A stretch of 64,000 nt of DNA from a virus. Each line of letters begins with the position of its first letter. Position 1 is the stretch's first letter. The stretch spans positions 1-64,000 of IMG/VR virus record IMGVR_UViG_3300010885_049871. One strand, written 5' to 3'. Below the pieces are notes generated by a model, which did no database searches, was not told where the DNA came from, and was given only the letters and a program-made list of their open reading frames with translations. Below, piece by piece: positions 36,574 through 47,148 of the stretch. A program made the position numbers and the translations under genes.

Positions 36574-37330
36574 GCGTGGATACTTGATTCCGGCTGTTAA
36601 TACAGACACTGTCAGCTATACTGACTGTGCAGAACAGTTGTCTATGAGTATAAAAAGCTGGCACCCGGATGCTAGTGTCTCTATCATGACCAATGATCGT
36701 TGCGATTGGTCGGTGTTTGACCACGTGATTGAATTACCTTACGGCGACCAGGGCGGCTATGCCAACGACTGGCAAGTGTTTGCTGCAAGTCCGTACAGAC
36801 AGACAATCAAACTGGAAGCAGATATGATTACAGCCAGTCCGGTAGATCACCTGTGGAACATGTTTGAACATCGTGATGTTGTGGTCAGTCAAGGTTGTAG
36901 AGACTTTTATGATCAACCCAGCACATATCGATTCTATCGAAAATTGTTTGATGTGAATAATTTACCTGATGTTTATAATGCCATTACCTATTGGCGGGTG
37001 AGTAAAACAGCACAGGACTTTTTTCAATTGGTCAGGAGTATTTTTGAAAACTGGGAGAACTTTAAAACACTGTTGAAGTTTCCCGAAGAAGTTCCGTCAA
37101 CTGATGTTGTGTATGCAATGGCAGCAGAGATCATGGGTAGAGAACAAGTGACCCTGCCACTGGGTTATGGACCCACTATGGTTCATATGAAACCGGGTAT
37201 TGTTGCCACTCACACCCGAGACTGGACCAAAGAACTGGTTTGGGAAAATACCAATCCGGGTGTGCGTATAAACACCGTAGCACAGTGGGGATTTGTGCAT
37301 TATCATATAAAAGATTGGAGACTGACATGA
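36557..37330 (+). CDS. Putative GT-A glycosyltransferase, paralogue of upstream gene
   Basis: SPYRQTIKLEADM (DxD variant), STDVVYA, HYHIK; TTG start. Confidence 0.55.
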   Translation: MKILAERGYLIPAVNTDTVSYTDCAEQLSMSIKSWHPDASVSIMTNDRCDWSVFDHVIELPYGDQGGYANDWQVFAASPYRQTIKLEADMITASPVDHLWNMFEHRDVVVSQGCRDFYDQPSTYRFYRKLFDVNNLPDVYNAITYWRVSKTAQDFFQLVRSIFENWENFKTLLKFPEEVPSTDVVYAMAAEIMGREQVTLPLGYGPTMVHMKPGIVATHTRDWTKELVWENTNPGVRINTVAQWGFVHYHIKDWRLT

Positions 37331-37608
37331 GTACCGAACAAGACAAAATCAAACACAGCAAACGCCTACTCAAAGATGAAAACGCTGTAAAAAAACAGAC
37401 CAAAATTGCAAAATCCAAAGGTTCTGACGTTAGCCAACCACACAAGTTTGCAAAACAGCATGCCATGGATTGCGGCAATCCCAAATGTATGTTATGCTCC
37501 TACGTCAAAGTACTTGGCATTGACCCTGTGCAAGTACAACGATTTGATCAGGATGTTGACACTGTTAACCATAAACACAGCAATGGATTGACGCCTGACC
37601 GTGAATGA
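37327..37608 (+). CDS. Small basic protein with putative Zn-binding motif
   Basis: H..DCGNPKCMLC; ATG at 37327 (ATGA overlap) preferred over the track start at 37240. Confidence 0.6.
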   Translation: MSTEQDKIKHSKRLLKDENAVKKQTKIAKSKGSDVSQPHKFAKQHAMDCGNPKCMLCSYVKVLGIDPVQVQRFDQDVDTVNHKHSNGLTPDRE

Positions 37609-37948
37609 AACTACTGAGAATTTCTGGAAAGCCTGGGCAGAACCTGTGTCAGAGCCTGCACCTGTGTTTTTCAGACTGTACTACGACGAGCATGGCCTAC
37701 CATTATCTTACAGCATGGAACACTTGCCAGGTAATTACATAGACATAGATGCTGAAACATACCAACTGAGTTCACATCGTGTACGGGTCATTGAAGGAAA
37801 ACTTGTACACATAGTGCCAAAGAAAACAGTTACCAAATTAATGCCTGGCCCAATGGGCACGCCTTGCTTGCCCGGCAACATCAGCATTGTTGTTGACCCG
37901 CAACAACCACATACAAAATGGAGTTTAAAATCACATGAATCGGATTGA
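37601..37948 (+). CDS. Hypothetical protein
   Basis: Overlap-coupled ORF in the operon; FRLYYD..G motif. Confidence 0.6.
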   Translation: MNETTENFWKAWAEPVSEPAPVFFRLYYDEHGLPLSYSMEHLPGNYIDIDAETYQLSSHRVRVIEGKLVHIVPKKTVTKLMPGPMGTPCLPGNISIVVDPQQPHTKWSLKSHESD

Positions 37949-38861
37949 CGTTGCAGACCTTGACTGCATTTACCTAACTTATGACGAACCACAAAAAGAA
38001 GAATTCTGGGTAAAGATTCGCAACATGGTTCCCTGGGCCAAGCGAGTAGACGGAGTACGGGGATCGGATGCAGCACACAAAGCTGCTGCTGCGGCCAGTG
38101 ACACTGAACGCTTTGTGTTGATCGACGGTGACAACATGCCAGATCCCGAGTTCTTTAATTTAACACTGGAGTTGCCCGACACCCAATGGGAATCCGCAGT
38201 GTTTCGCTGGCGTGCTCGTAATCACGTAAACGGATTGATGTACGGTAATGGTGGGCTGAGTTCGTGGACTAGAAAGTTTGTCAATGACATGCGAACACAC
38301 GAAGCCACCGACGGTCGTGCAGCAACCGAAGTGGAGTTTTGCTTTGATCCCTTGTACTGGGCCATGCATGATTGCTATTCAACTACCTATCCCAATGGCA
38401 GTGCTTTTCACGCATGGCGAGCCGGTTTCCGCGAAGGTGTCAAGATGTGTTTGAACACAGGTAAGAAACCCACTGTGGCCGAGTTTCGGGATCGTGTGCA
38501 TCAACGCAATCTTGACAACTTGACTGTATGGCACAATGTAGGCCGTGATGCTGAACATGGCATTTGGAGTATGGCAGGATCACGCATGGGTTCTTACATG
38601 ACCATGCTGACCAACTGGGACTATCGCACAGTACAAGACTTTGCTGCATTAGAAGAATTATGGGCCACAGTTAAAGACACTGATCCAGAAACAGTGTTGA
38701 GCCGAGTGGCCGGCGAATTGACCACGCAGCTGGACTTGCCAATGGTCTGGATTGACGAGTCTGCTAGCAAGTTTTTTAAACATCACTATCGCAGCAACTG
38801 GCACAATCGAGGAGTTACTGTGAGAGAAATTGATGTAATCAGGAGTCAAGAAGGGTGGTAA
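37935..38861 (+). CDS. Putative GT-A glycosyltransferase
   Basis: D.IYLTYDEP, RVDGV.GSDAAHKAAA, FVLIDGDN (DxD), NGL.YGNGG, AWRAGFREGVKM. Confidence 0.6.
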   Translation: MNRIDVADLDCIYLTYDEPQKEEFWVKIRNMVPWAKRVDGVRGSDAAHKAAAAASDTERFVLIDGDNMPDPEFFNLTLELPDTQWESAVFRWRARNHVNGLMYGNGGLSSWTRKFVNDMRTHEATDGRAATEVEFCFDPLYWAMHDCYSTTYPNGSAFHAWRAGFREGVKMCLNTGKKPTVAEFRDRVHQRNLDNLTVWHNVGRDAEHGIWSMAGSRMGSYMTMLTNWDYRTVQDFAALEELWATVKDTDPETVLSRVAGELTTQLDLPMVWIDESASKFFKHHYRSNWHNRGVTVREIDVIRSQEGW

Positions 38862-39553
38862 TGAATGCCTTGATAGGGCACACTGGTTTGATTGGCTCTG
38901 TGCTGGCCGCAGGTGTTGATGTTGATCTTTGTTACAATTCCTCAAACATAGAGCAGATTGAGCATGGCAAGTTTGACACTGTGTACTGTGCGGCTCCGTC
39001 AGGCAATAGACGGTTGGCCGATCAAGATCCAACTTGGGATACTGAAAACATTCATCGTCTTGCTTGCAGTTTGCGCACAATCACTGCCAATAGATTTGTG
39101 CTGATCAGCAGTGTAGATGCTGTGTATGCTCCTGAGTCTGTGTATGGTAGCAACAGACTGGCTCTGGAACATTTTGCACAAACGCAATTTGAACTGTGTC
39201 ATGTAATTAGACTGTGTACCTTGATTCACACCCGAATCAGCAAGAATTTGCTGTTTGACATTAGGCATCAACAATATCTAGACCGTGTTAACAGCGCCAT
39301 GGTTAGACAGTACTACCCGCTGTCAAGACTGTGCAGAGATATTGACACAGTGATTCGGCATGACATCAAGGAAATCAACTTAGTAAGCGAGCCAGTAACC
39401 GACTCTGAGATAATGCAACAATTCTGCCCCGATACTGTGTTAACTACAACGCCAGTTCCACCTTATGACCTACGCAGCCAAGCACCCTTTGGGCAATATG
39501 TACTGTCAAAATCTGACGTATTTGAACATGTAACAGAGTACATAAATGATTAA
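38861..39553 (+). CDS. NAD-dependent epimerase/dehydratase-like (SDR) protein
   Basis: Rossmann ALIGHTGLIGS, LISSVDAV, YGSNR (YxxxK-like); TAATG start at 38861. Confidence 0.65.
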   Translation: MNALIGHTGLIGSVLAAGVDVDLCYNSSNIEQIEHGKFDTVYCAAPSGNRRLADQDPTWDTENIHRLACSLRTITANRFVLISSVDAVYAPESVYGSNRLALEHFAQTQFELCHVIRLCTLIHTRISKNLLFDIRHQQYLDRVNSAMVRQYYPLSRLCRDIDTVIRHDIKEINLVSEPVTDSEIMQQFCPDTVLTTTPVPPYDLRSQAPFGQYVLSKSDVFEHVTEYIND

Positions 39554-40505
39554 GTTTGCCAATAGCGACAGCACAATTTGGAATCGCGATCAGCTGATCA
39601 TTGAGCTGGCACATGCCATGTCCGAGAATCAGCCACGTATTGATATTGGTACCCGGGGCGAGGGTCCTTGTGCTCGCAGTTTGGGCCTGTATGACTTGTT
39701 AGATAAGCTATGCAATCGTTTCAATTACAGTGCCAACTGTATCTATATCACAACCTGCAACTTGGTCGAAGCACATAACTGCTACAACATTGTAATAGAT
39801 CCACAAGTGTTGTACCTCAAGGCCGCACAGGGTTACACACCACCTGCCAGCATCAAGCAAATTAACAAACACTTTGGGCACTTTATTGGGCATGGTAATC
39901 AACCCCGATTGTATCTTGGCAGTTACTTGTACGCACATCACGGTGAACAAACTGTGCAGACTTATCATACTCAAGTTACTGAAGAATATCACAGACCCTT
40001 TATTGGCGTAGAAGACATGATGTTCAATGGCCACGCCTGGGCAGAAGTTCAAGACGCTGTTGAATTACTGCAACATGCACCATTAACAATTGACTCAATT
40101 GATCAATACCCCATTCTTAATCCTGCCACACTGAACATTACCAAAGTATATCCTAACTTCTTTGTGGAAATTGTAAATCTGACTTACTGGTCAGGAGATA
40201 CATTTTACATAGATGAAAAGATCTGGCGCCCCATTTTGATGCGTACACCATTTGTTGTGCATGGGCCACAGAACTTTTTACCCAGACTGCGTGCTCTGGG
40301 TTTCCGTACGTTTGATGCCTGGTGGGACGAAGGCTACAGTGAAGACCCACCAGATTATCAATTGAAAGAAATTGTAGATATCATAAAACAACTGGCCAAA
40401 AAAAGCATCAACGGACTCAACGCCATGTACGCAGACATGCAGCCAGTACTGGAACACAACTATCAGTTGTTGAAGCGTATTCAAAAACAAGATTTACATG
40501 TCTAA
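39546..40505 (+). CDS. Putative GT-B glycosyltransferase-like protein (EK..PF..GF.TF family)
   Basis: FYIDEKIWRPI...TPFVVHG...L..LGFRTFD.WWDEGY...HNY; one of four paralogues. Confidence 0.5.
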   Translation: MIKFANSDSTIWNRDQLIIELAHAMSENQPRIDIGTRGEGPCARSLGLYDLLDKLCNRFNYSANCIYITTCNLVEAHNCYNIVIDPQVLYLKAAQGYTPPASIKQINKHFGHFIGHGNQPRLYLGSYLYAHHGEQTVQTYHTQVTEEYHRPFIGVEDMMFNGHAWAEVQDAVELLQHAPLTIDSIDQYPILNPATLNITKVYPNFFVEIVNLTYWSGDTFYIDEKIWRPILMRTPFVVHGPQNFLPRLRALGFRTFDAWWDEGYSEDPPDYQLKEIVDIIKQLAKKSINGLNAMYADMQPVLEHNYQLLKRIQKQDLHV

Positions 40506-41361
40506 GCTACACATACACTACGCTGAGTTTTATATTATTAATGTTTGCAATCTAGCATGCTCAGGTTGCAATCGTTTCAATAACTACAACTTTACAGGCT
40601 ATCAACGCTGGAGCGACTATGCCAATGTATATCAACACTGGGCCGAACAAATGGACATTGACAGTATTGGTATTCTAGGCGGTGAGCCCTTGCTTAATCC
40701 TACATTTTTAGAATGGGTACAGGGTATAAATCAGTTATGGCCCAACAAGAAACTAAGAATTATCAGCAATGGCTTTAGACTAGATCGACATGCTGACCTT
40801 TATCCTGTGCTAGAGCAACATCGCAATATTGAACTGTGGGTTGGCATACACAACAAACAGCACAAATCAGAAATCATACAAAAGGTCAAAGACTTTTCCC
40901 AGGCACCGCACACAGTGAGTTTCAACACAGACAATCCTTATCAACAGTACATGACCGTTACTGATGCTCGCGGTGTGTGCATCAAAATAGAATACAACTG
41001 GTGGTTTCATCAGGGTGCTATTGTCAAACAAGATAATACACTAACGCTACATCAAAGTGATGTTGTCAAGGCACATGACATTTGTCACATGAAAACCTGC
41101 CATCATTTCATACGCGGCGAACTGTACAAGTGTGGTGTTGCGGCTGTGTTGCCTGAATTTGATCAACAGCACCCACTTATACTCAGCACTGAAGACCGTG
41201 AACTCATGCTGAGCTATCGTCCCTTAAAGATCACTGACAGTGACACAGTCAAACAGCAGTTTGTGAACAGTCTAGACCAGCCCATTGATCAATGTCGTTT
41301 TTGCCCAGAAGTATATCATGGTAACCAAATATCAGCACAACTTAAAAAAGATTTAAAATGA
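40498..41361 (+). CDS. Radical SAM protein
   Basis: CNLACSGC, GGEPLLNP, SNG; extra Cys (CHMKTC, YKC, CRFC). Confidence 0.85.
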   Translation: MSKLHIHYAEFYIINVCNLACSGCNRFNNYNFTGYQRWSDYANVYQHWAEQMDIDSIGILGGEPLLNPTFLEWVQGINQLWPNKKLRIISNGFRLDRHADLYPVLEQHRNIELWVGIHNKQHKSEIIQKVKDFSQAPHTVSFNTDNPYQQYMTVTDARGVCIKIEYNWWFHQGAIVKQDNTLTLHQSDVVKAHDICHMKTCHHFIRGELYKCGVAAVLPEFDQQHPLILSTEDRELMLSYRPLKITDSDTVKQQFVNSLDQPIDQCRFCPEVYHGNQISAQLKKDLK

Positions 41362-42062
41362 CTTATGTGTTTGCCGGAGACAGTTGGGCTTTAAAAGGTT
41401 TTACCAATGACAATTATGATAAAGGTAATACCCACCCTGTAAGTGGAGATATAAGACTAGCGGACCACTGGCCTTGGAAGTACCAGCATTGCCTGACCCC
41501 GGGTCAGGGCAACTTAGCTTGTTTAGACAAGCTGGTAGCAATGAATATTCCTACCGACGTACCAATCATTTGGGTATACACAGAGCCTGGTCGTGATTAC
41601 GGTCGTATAAAGAATCAATCTCCACATGACTGGATTGAAAAAGAAGATATATTTGATATACGCACTGCATTGAATCATGTTATAATGCAAGAGATAAAAG
41701 ATTGCTTAGATAACCCCATTGCCTTCATCGGCGGGCTTAGTGATGTGGATCCGTTATTAGCACAGGCATTTGGATTTGATGTACTAAATCCAAGTTGGCA
41801 AAAGTGGATTGCAGAAAAATTAAACTCACGATGGTTCCAATTTGGCTGGGGTGCTAGTGATGTTGGATGGAGAATGCATAGTAATAAAGTAGTACCAAGT
41901 CGAGCTGCAACTTTTGCTTGGGGCGAGCAAATTAAAGAGTGGTGTTGGTGGGAGGAAAATGGATATTTTTGTCATGAACATCCAACGCCATTGGCCAACA
42001 AAGAATTTGCAGAATATCTACAACCAGTGGTAGAGGAATGGATCAATGAACAAAGGCGATGA
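41358..42062 (+). CDS. SGNH/GDSL-like protein
   Basis: N-terminal FAGDSW, G.GN, C-terminal HP. Confidence 0.45.
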   Translation: MTYVFAGDSWALKGFTNDNYDKGNTHPVSGDIRLADHWPWKYQHCLTPGQGNLACLDKLVAMNIPTDVPIIWVYTEPGRDYGRIKNQSPHDWIEKEDIFDIRTALNHVIMQEIKDCLDNPIAFIGGLSDVDPLLAQAFGFDVLNPSWQKWIAEKLNSRWFQFGWGASDVGWRMHSNKVVPSRAATFAWGEQIKEWCWWEENGYFCHEHPTPLANKEFAEYLQPVVEEWINEQRR

Positions 42063-43458
42063 AGTTGCAACAGACTTTAAATCAAAGTTTCTAGACAATG
42101 CAGAATTTATGAAGGAAAACTTGGGGTCAGCACTATGTTTGGCCAAGTGGAAACAGGTTAGCCTACACTTGACCACTGGCCTTAACAACAGTTGTTACCA
42201 CCCACCCTTGCATCGTATACCTATAGATGCAATAGGTCGTAATCCTAGTGCATTGCACAACACTGATTATAAAAAACAACAGCGTAAACAGATGCTCAAT
42301 GGTGAACGCCCTGCAGAATGCAGCTATTGCTGGACAATGGAAGACAATGGTAAACTGAGTGATCGCCATTATCGATCTGGCGAGTCCTGGGCTGCCAAAG
42401 ACTTTGGCACTATTGTCAATGCAGAATGGGACGCTGACATTACTCCTAGCTATGTAGAAGTAAATTTCAACAATGCTTGTAATCTTGCTTGTAGTTATTG
42501 TAGTCCACAGTTCAGCAGCACATGGCAACAAGAAACTGATCGCCATGGTGCTTACCCTACATCTACTCCACACAATGCACCGGAACATTTTGCCGGCGAT
42601 CGCAAACCTATTCCGGTCCGGGAACATAATCCCTATGTAGAAGCGTTTTGGCAGTGGTGGCCCACCCTGTATCCAGAGTTGGAGCACTTTAGAATGACCG
42701 GTGGCGAACCATTATTGGATAAGAATACCTATCGTGTGTTTGACTATGTGCTGGCCAATCCCAAACCCGACCTGCACCTGAATGTGACCAGCAACTTCAG
42801 TGTGGATGAAAAAAGCTGGCAACGGTATTTGGCGTACACCAAACAACTGTGTCAAGAAGGGGTAGTTGAACATTTTATGCAATACATCAGCCTAGATGGA
42901 TGGGGTCGTCAGGCAGAGTACATGCGACATGGCATGGACTTTGACTTGGTATGGAGCAGAGTAAATCAATTCTTAACCGAAGTTCCTTACCGAAACAGTG
43001 TAACTTTCATTGTCACAATGAACAATCTGTGTATGACCAGTTTACCCCAACTGTTAGATGGCATACTGGAACTTAGAAAAAAGTACAGCAACACATATCA
43101 GCGTGTGTGGTTTGATACCCCGGTGTTGCGACAACCTGCTTGGCAAAGTTTACAATTGTTGCCAAGCAGCTATGTAGCACAGTTGGAAAAACTAAAAACA
43201 TCAATGCAACACAATATTGAAACTGAAGCAACCAGATTTCACGGTTTTAAAGATTATGAAATAGCTCGCCTTGACCGTGACATAGCATGGATGCGTGACG
43301 GACAAAAATTAGACCCTGCGTACTTGCAACGGAACAAAGCTGACTTCTATCGGTTCTTTAGCGAAGCGGACCGAAGACATGGGACAGAATTTGCACAGGT
43401 GTTTCCAGAAATGAGTGCCTGGTGGAAGGAATGTGAGTATCATGCTAGGCAATCGTAA
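42046..43458 (+). CDS. Radical SAM protein with N-terminal twitch/SPASM-type Cys motifs
   Basis: CLAKW..SCYH..CSYCW, then CNLACSYC, TGGEPLL, SLDG. Confidence 0.88.
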   Translation: MNKGDEVATDFKSKFLDNAEFMKENLGSALCLAKWKQVSLHLTTGLNNSCYHPPLHRIPIDAIGRNPSALHNTDYKKQQRKQMLNGERPAECSYCWTMEDNGKLSDRHYRSGESWAAKDFGTIVNAEWDADITPSYVEVNFNNACNLACSYCSPQFSSTWQQETDRHGAYPTSTPHNAPEHFAGDRKPIPVREHNPYVEAFWQWWPTLYPELEHFRMTGGEPLLDKNTYRVFDYVLANPKPDLHLNVTSNFSVDEKSWQRYLAYTKQLCQEGVVEHFMQYISLDGWGRQAEYMRHGMDFDLVWSRVNQFLTEVPYRNSVTFIVTMNNLCMTSLPQLLDGILELRKKYSNTYQRVWFDTPVLRQPAWQSLQLLPSSYVAQLEKLKTSMQHNIETEATRFHGFKDYEIARLDRDIAWMRDGQKLDPAYLQRNKADFYRFFSEADRRHGTEFAQVFPEMSAWWKECEYHARQS

Positions 43459-44548
43459 ATTAGTAATAGACACAGGATGTGGAATACACGACGAACTCGC
43501 AGGGTATGTCGATGATACGTTTTCTAATTTTCAAGAGCACACGCTGATTCCCAATGCTATATATTTGATAAGTTACGCCGAGACTGAGAAAAATTTTAAA
43601 AAAATTGCAAAGTTGGCAACCTCTAACATTATAAAAGTTATTTTTGCTGAACCGTCTGAAGGGTCGAGTACTGCAATACATCGTTGTAATCGGCAAAGGT
43701 TTCGTACTAAAGCGCCCAATGGAAATGGCCACATTGAACTACTTGAGTTAATCAAACAAGGAAAAATATTATTATTAACCGGTGGCGATGTTTCGCCACA
43801 ATATCCGCATTTGGTGTATGAAAATTTTCTCCCAAAGATACTGGACTATGACGAAAATATTGACGCCATACAAATTTATAATAACACCTATTCAACCAAC
43901 CGACCATATAAATTTTTATTTTTAAACGGAAAAGGAAGACCTCATAGAAAATTTATGATCGAACAATTGGCCGACGTACTTGATACAGCACTGTGGAGTA
44001 ATTTAGATCCTACCAATGGCCCAGTGAAATTACTTGATCAGCAATACGAACTTGACCGTTTTAATGTAGACGTGTGTCGGACTGATACAAATGTAAAAGA
44101 ATACTTGTTTGGGTCCGGTATATGGGGAGAGGTGTATCTAGTCCCGTCGCAGTATAGCAATACCTATTTTAGCCTGATAACCGAAACTGTTCAGCAATAT
44201 AACTTCAGTTTCAGAACAGAAAAAACATGGAAACCTATTGCAATCGGGCATCCATGGATTGCAGTTGCCAATCAGGGATATTATAGAGATATCCGTAATT
44301 TGGGATTTCAAACATTTGGACATGTCATTGACGAAAGTTTTGATGAAATAGCAAACAATCAAGATAGGATGATGCAAGTAAGTCGTGTTGTTAAAGATTT
44401 ATGTCAACAAGACCTTGCAAGTTTTTTAAAAGAATGCTATAATGTATGTAAATACAATCAACAACATATTGCAGAGATGAGAACTCGAGTTCGATCCGAG
44501 TTTCCAGAACGCTTCCGACAGTTTATAAACAAACATATCAATGAATGA
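43442..44548 (+). CDS. Putative GT-B glycosyltransferase-like protein (EK..PF..GF.TF family)
   Basis: FLFLNGK.RPHR, FSLITET, RTEKTWKPI..GHPW, LGFQTF..VIDESFD; ATG at 43442. Confidence 0.5.
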   Translation: MLGNRKLVIDTGCGIHDELAGYVDDTFSNFQEHTLIPNAIYLISYAETEKNFKKIAKLATSNIIKVIFAEPSEGSSTAIHRCNRQRFRTKAPNGNGHIELLELIKQGKILLLTGGDVSPQYPHLVYENFLPKILDYDENIDAIQIYNNTYSTNRPYKFLFLNGKGRPHRKFMIEQLADVLDTALWSNLDPTNGPVKLLDQQYELDRFNVDVCRTDTNVKEYLFGSGIWGEVYLVPSQYSNTYFSLITETVQQYNFSFRTEKTWKPIAIGHPWIAVANQGYYRDIRNLGFQTFGHVIDESFDEIANNQDRMMQVSRVVKDLCQQDLASFLKECYNVCKYNQQHIAEMRTRVRSEFPERFRQFINKHINE

Positions 44549-45890
44549 TTTAGATTTCAAGCACCAGCTGCTGGATACCAAAAGTGCCAGCTTCTGTGCA
44601 GCCAAATGGTACAATGCCACCATATGGCTAGGTTCTGGACAAACAACCAGTTGTCATCATCCACCGGCACACGCCATTGATCTTGAAGAACTAAAAGTTA
44701 ATCCTTCTGCATTACATAACACAGCAAAAAAGAAAGATGATCGCAAGAAGATGTTGGCAGGTGATCGTCCTGCAGGTTGCGAATACTGTTGGAAGATCGA
44801 AGACATGGCCACTGATGCTGTCAGTGACCGTGTATATAAAAGTAAAATTTACCCTATAAAGGCACTCGATGAAGCTTACCAAACTCCTTACCATGAAGAC
44901 GTCAATCTTCGCACACTTGAAATTGCGTTCGACCGCACTTGCCAATTTGCTTGTAGCTATTGTAACCCTGCTTTCAGTAGTACATGGGTTAATGACATTA
45001 AAAAGCACGGAGGATATGCCAATCTGGTGTCTGATGGGCGCAATCACTTTACTCACACTCACGATAGTGCTCAACTATACCGCTTTGGTGAGACTAATCC
45101 GTATGTGGAAGCCTTTTTCAAGTGGTGGGAAACAGATCTTCACCGTACACTCCAAGAACTTAGAATAACCGGCGGCGAGCCGCTGATGAGTGGCGAAACC
45201 TGGAAACTGATTGATTGGTTCAAAACAAATCAAGGCCGTAGTCAGACTCGTCTGGCAATTAATTCAAACCTGGGCATGGACCGTGACAAGCTGCACGAAT
45301 TCGTTGAACGAGTTAGGGATATTCCGCATCTTGAAATTTATACCAGTTGTGAAGCAACAGGCTCTGCTGCTGAATACATAAGAGACGGCCTGGACTACGA
45401 CCTATGGATGCACAATGTTCAAGAGTTGTTGGAGCACGATCATATTCGTGCTGTACATGTGATGTGTACAATCAATGCATTGTGTTTAGAAACATTACCC
45501 GAGTTCCTGGCACAATTGGTAAAATTAAAAACCTTGTACGGAACACAACGAATTAATTTTACGCTAAATATATTACGCTTTCCAAGTTTTCAATCCCCGT
45601 TGGTATTATCTCCTGCATTGCTGTCCTCCGCTCGCACTCAGTTGATGATGTGGGAAGAGTCTGCCAGTAATAGATCAATATGTCAAGAGTTTGAACTGAA
45701 TCATGTTCGCAGACTGATTGATTATTTGAAAATTGTTAAAACTCCGCACAGTGACACATTTGACATGCCTAAGTTGCACAACGACTTTCGCCGGTTCTTT
45801 GATCAATATGATGTGCGCAGGAACAAAAACTTCAGCAACACATTTCCTAAATTAGAATCATGGTACAATGACTTACAAATACAACAGTAG
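44541..45890 (+). CDS. Radical SAM protein with N-terminal twitch motifs
   Basis: CAAKW..SCHH..CEYCW, CQFACSYC, TGGEPLM. Confidence 0.88.
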   Translation: MNDLDFKHQLLDTKSASFCAAKWYNATIWLGSGQTTSCHHPPAHAIDLEELKVNPSALHNTAKKKDDRKKMLAGDRPAGCEYCWKIEDMATDAVSDRVYKSKIYPIKALDEAYQTPYHEDVNLRTLEIAFDRTCQFACSYCNPAFSSTWVNDIKKHGGYANLVSDGRNHFTHTHDSAQLYRFGETNPYVEAFFKWWETDLHRTLQELRITGGEPLMSGETWKLIDWFKTNQGRSQTRLAINSNLGMDRDKLHEFVERVRDIPHLEIYTSCEATGSAAEYIRDGLDYDLWMHNVQELLEHDHIRAVHVMCTINALCLETLPEFLAQLVKLKTLYGTQRINFTLNILRFPSFQSPLVLSPALLSSARTQLMMWEESASNRSICQEFELNHVRRLIDYLKIVKTPHSDTFDMPKLHNDFRRFFDQYDVRRNKNFSNTFPKLESWYNDLQIQQ

Positions 45891-47148
45891 TGATTTAGTA
45901 AAACCCATTGAGTTAACCAAACGAGAAGAATTCTTATTAAAAGATTCCAAGACGTTTTGTATATACCCATGGATACACATACACACATATCCAACCGGCG
46001 AAGCATATCCCTGTTGTCATGCTGAAATGAAGATTGGACAAATTGGTAATTGTAAAATCAATACACTGGCTGAGATATGGAACAGTCCCGAACAGATGAA
46101 ACTTCGCACAGATATGCTGACCGAAACAGCCAATCCTGCATGCGGCCGCTGCTACGAACAAGAACAGTCAGGATTCTTTAGTGGTCGTAAAAGTGCCAAC
46201 AAGCATCATGGCCATCATATTGACCGAGTCAATGCCACAGATCAAACAGGCCACACTGAACAGTTTGAAATGACCTATTGGGATCTACGCTTTAGCAATT
46301 TATGTAATCTAAGTTGCCGCAGTTGCGGACATATCTTCAGCAGTAGTTGGTACAAGGATCAAACTGTACTAGCAGGCCCGGCCTGGGCAAGTCAAAACAA
46401 ACCATTAAACTATGCAGGCCGTTTTGCCACTGACATGTGGGAACAGTTGATTGAACACATTGATCATGTAGAGCAAATTTACTTTGCCGGTGGTGAACCC
46501 CTGATGATGGAAGAACACTACTTGATTTTAGAAGAACTAGAACGACGCGGCCGGTTTGATGTTAGATTGATATACAACACCAACTTCACGCAAACACGCC
46601 TCAAAGACCGCACAGTGTTTGATTACTGGAGAAAATTTGATAGTGTTGCAGTTGGCGCAAGTTTAGATGCAGCAGGCCCACGCGGCGAGTATATTAGAAA
46701 AGGCACCGACTGGACGGTCGTAGAAGAAAATCGTCGGCAAATGATGAAAATATGTCCTGATGTGGACTTTTATATCAGTCCTACACTAAGCATTCTAAAC
46801 GCAATGCATCTGCCAGACTTCCATCGAGACTGGGTAGAAAAAGGTCTAATACGGCCGTCGGATTTAAATGTAAATATATTGCAAGACCCACCACACTATA
46901 GAATAGACATAGCGCCTGCTGAGTACAAAGGATTGTTGATGGCTAGGTATCGCGAACATATTGAATGGCTTCGCGGTCAAGATCCTTTGCAGCGAGCCAC
47001 AGTGGGTTTTGAAAGTGCCATCACTTTTATGACGGCCACAGATAACACACCGTTGATAGGTAACTTCTGGCGTAAAACACACGAGTTGGACGCTATTAGA
47101 AAAGAAAATATACTGGATATTATTCCTGAACTGAAAGCACTCCAATGA
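45868..47148 (+). CDS. Radical SAM protein with N-terminal twitch motifs
   Basis: CIYPW..PCC..CGRCY, CNLSCRSC, AGGEPLM, YNTN, SLD. Confidence 0.88.
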   Translation: MTYKYNSSDLVKPIELTKREEFLLKDSKTFCIYPWIHIHTYPTGEAYPCCHAEMKIGQIGNCKINTLAEIWNSPEQMKLRTDMLTETANPACGRCYEQEQSGFFSGRKSANKHHGHHIDRVNATDQTGHTEQFEMTYWDLRFSNLCNLSCRSCGHIFSSSWYKDQTVLAGPAWASQNKPLNYAGRFATDMWEQLIEHIDHVEQIYFAGGEPLMMEEHYLILEELERRGRFDVRLIYNTNFTQTRLKDRTVFDYWRKFDSVAVGASLDAAGPRGEYIRKGTDWTVVEENRRQMMKICPDVDFYISPTLSILNAMHLPDFHRDWVEKGLIRPSDLNVNILQDPPHYRIDIAPAEYKGLLMARYREHIEWLRGQDPLQRATVGFESAITFMTATDNTPLIGNFWRKTHELDAIRKENILDIIPELKALQ

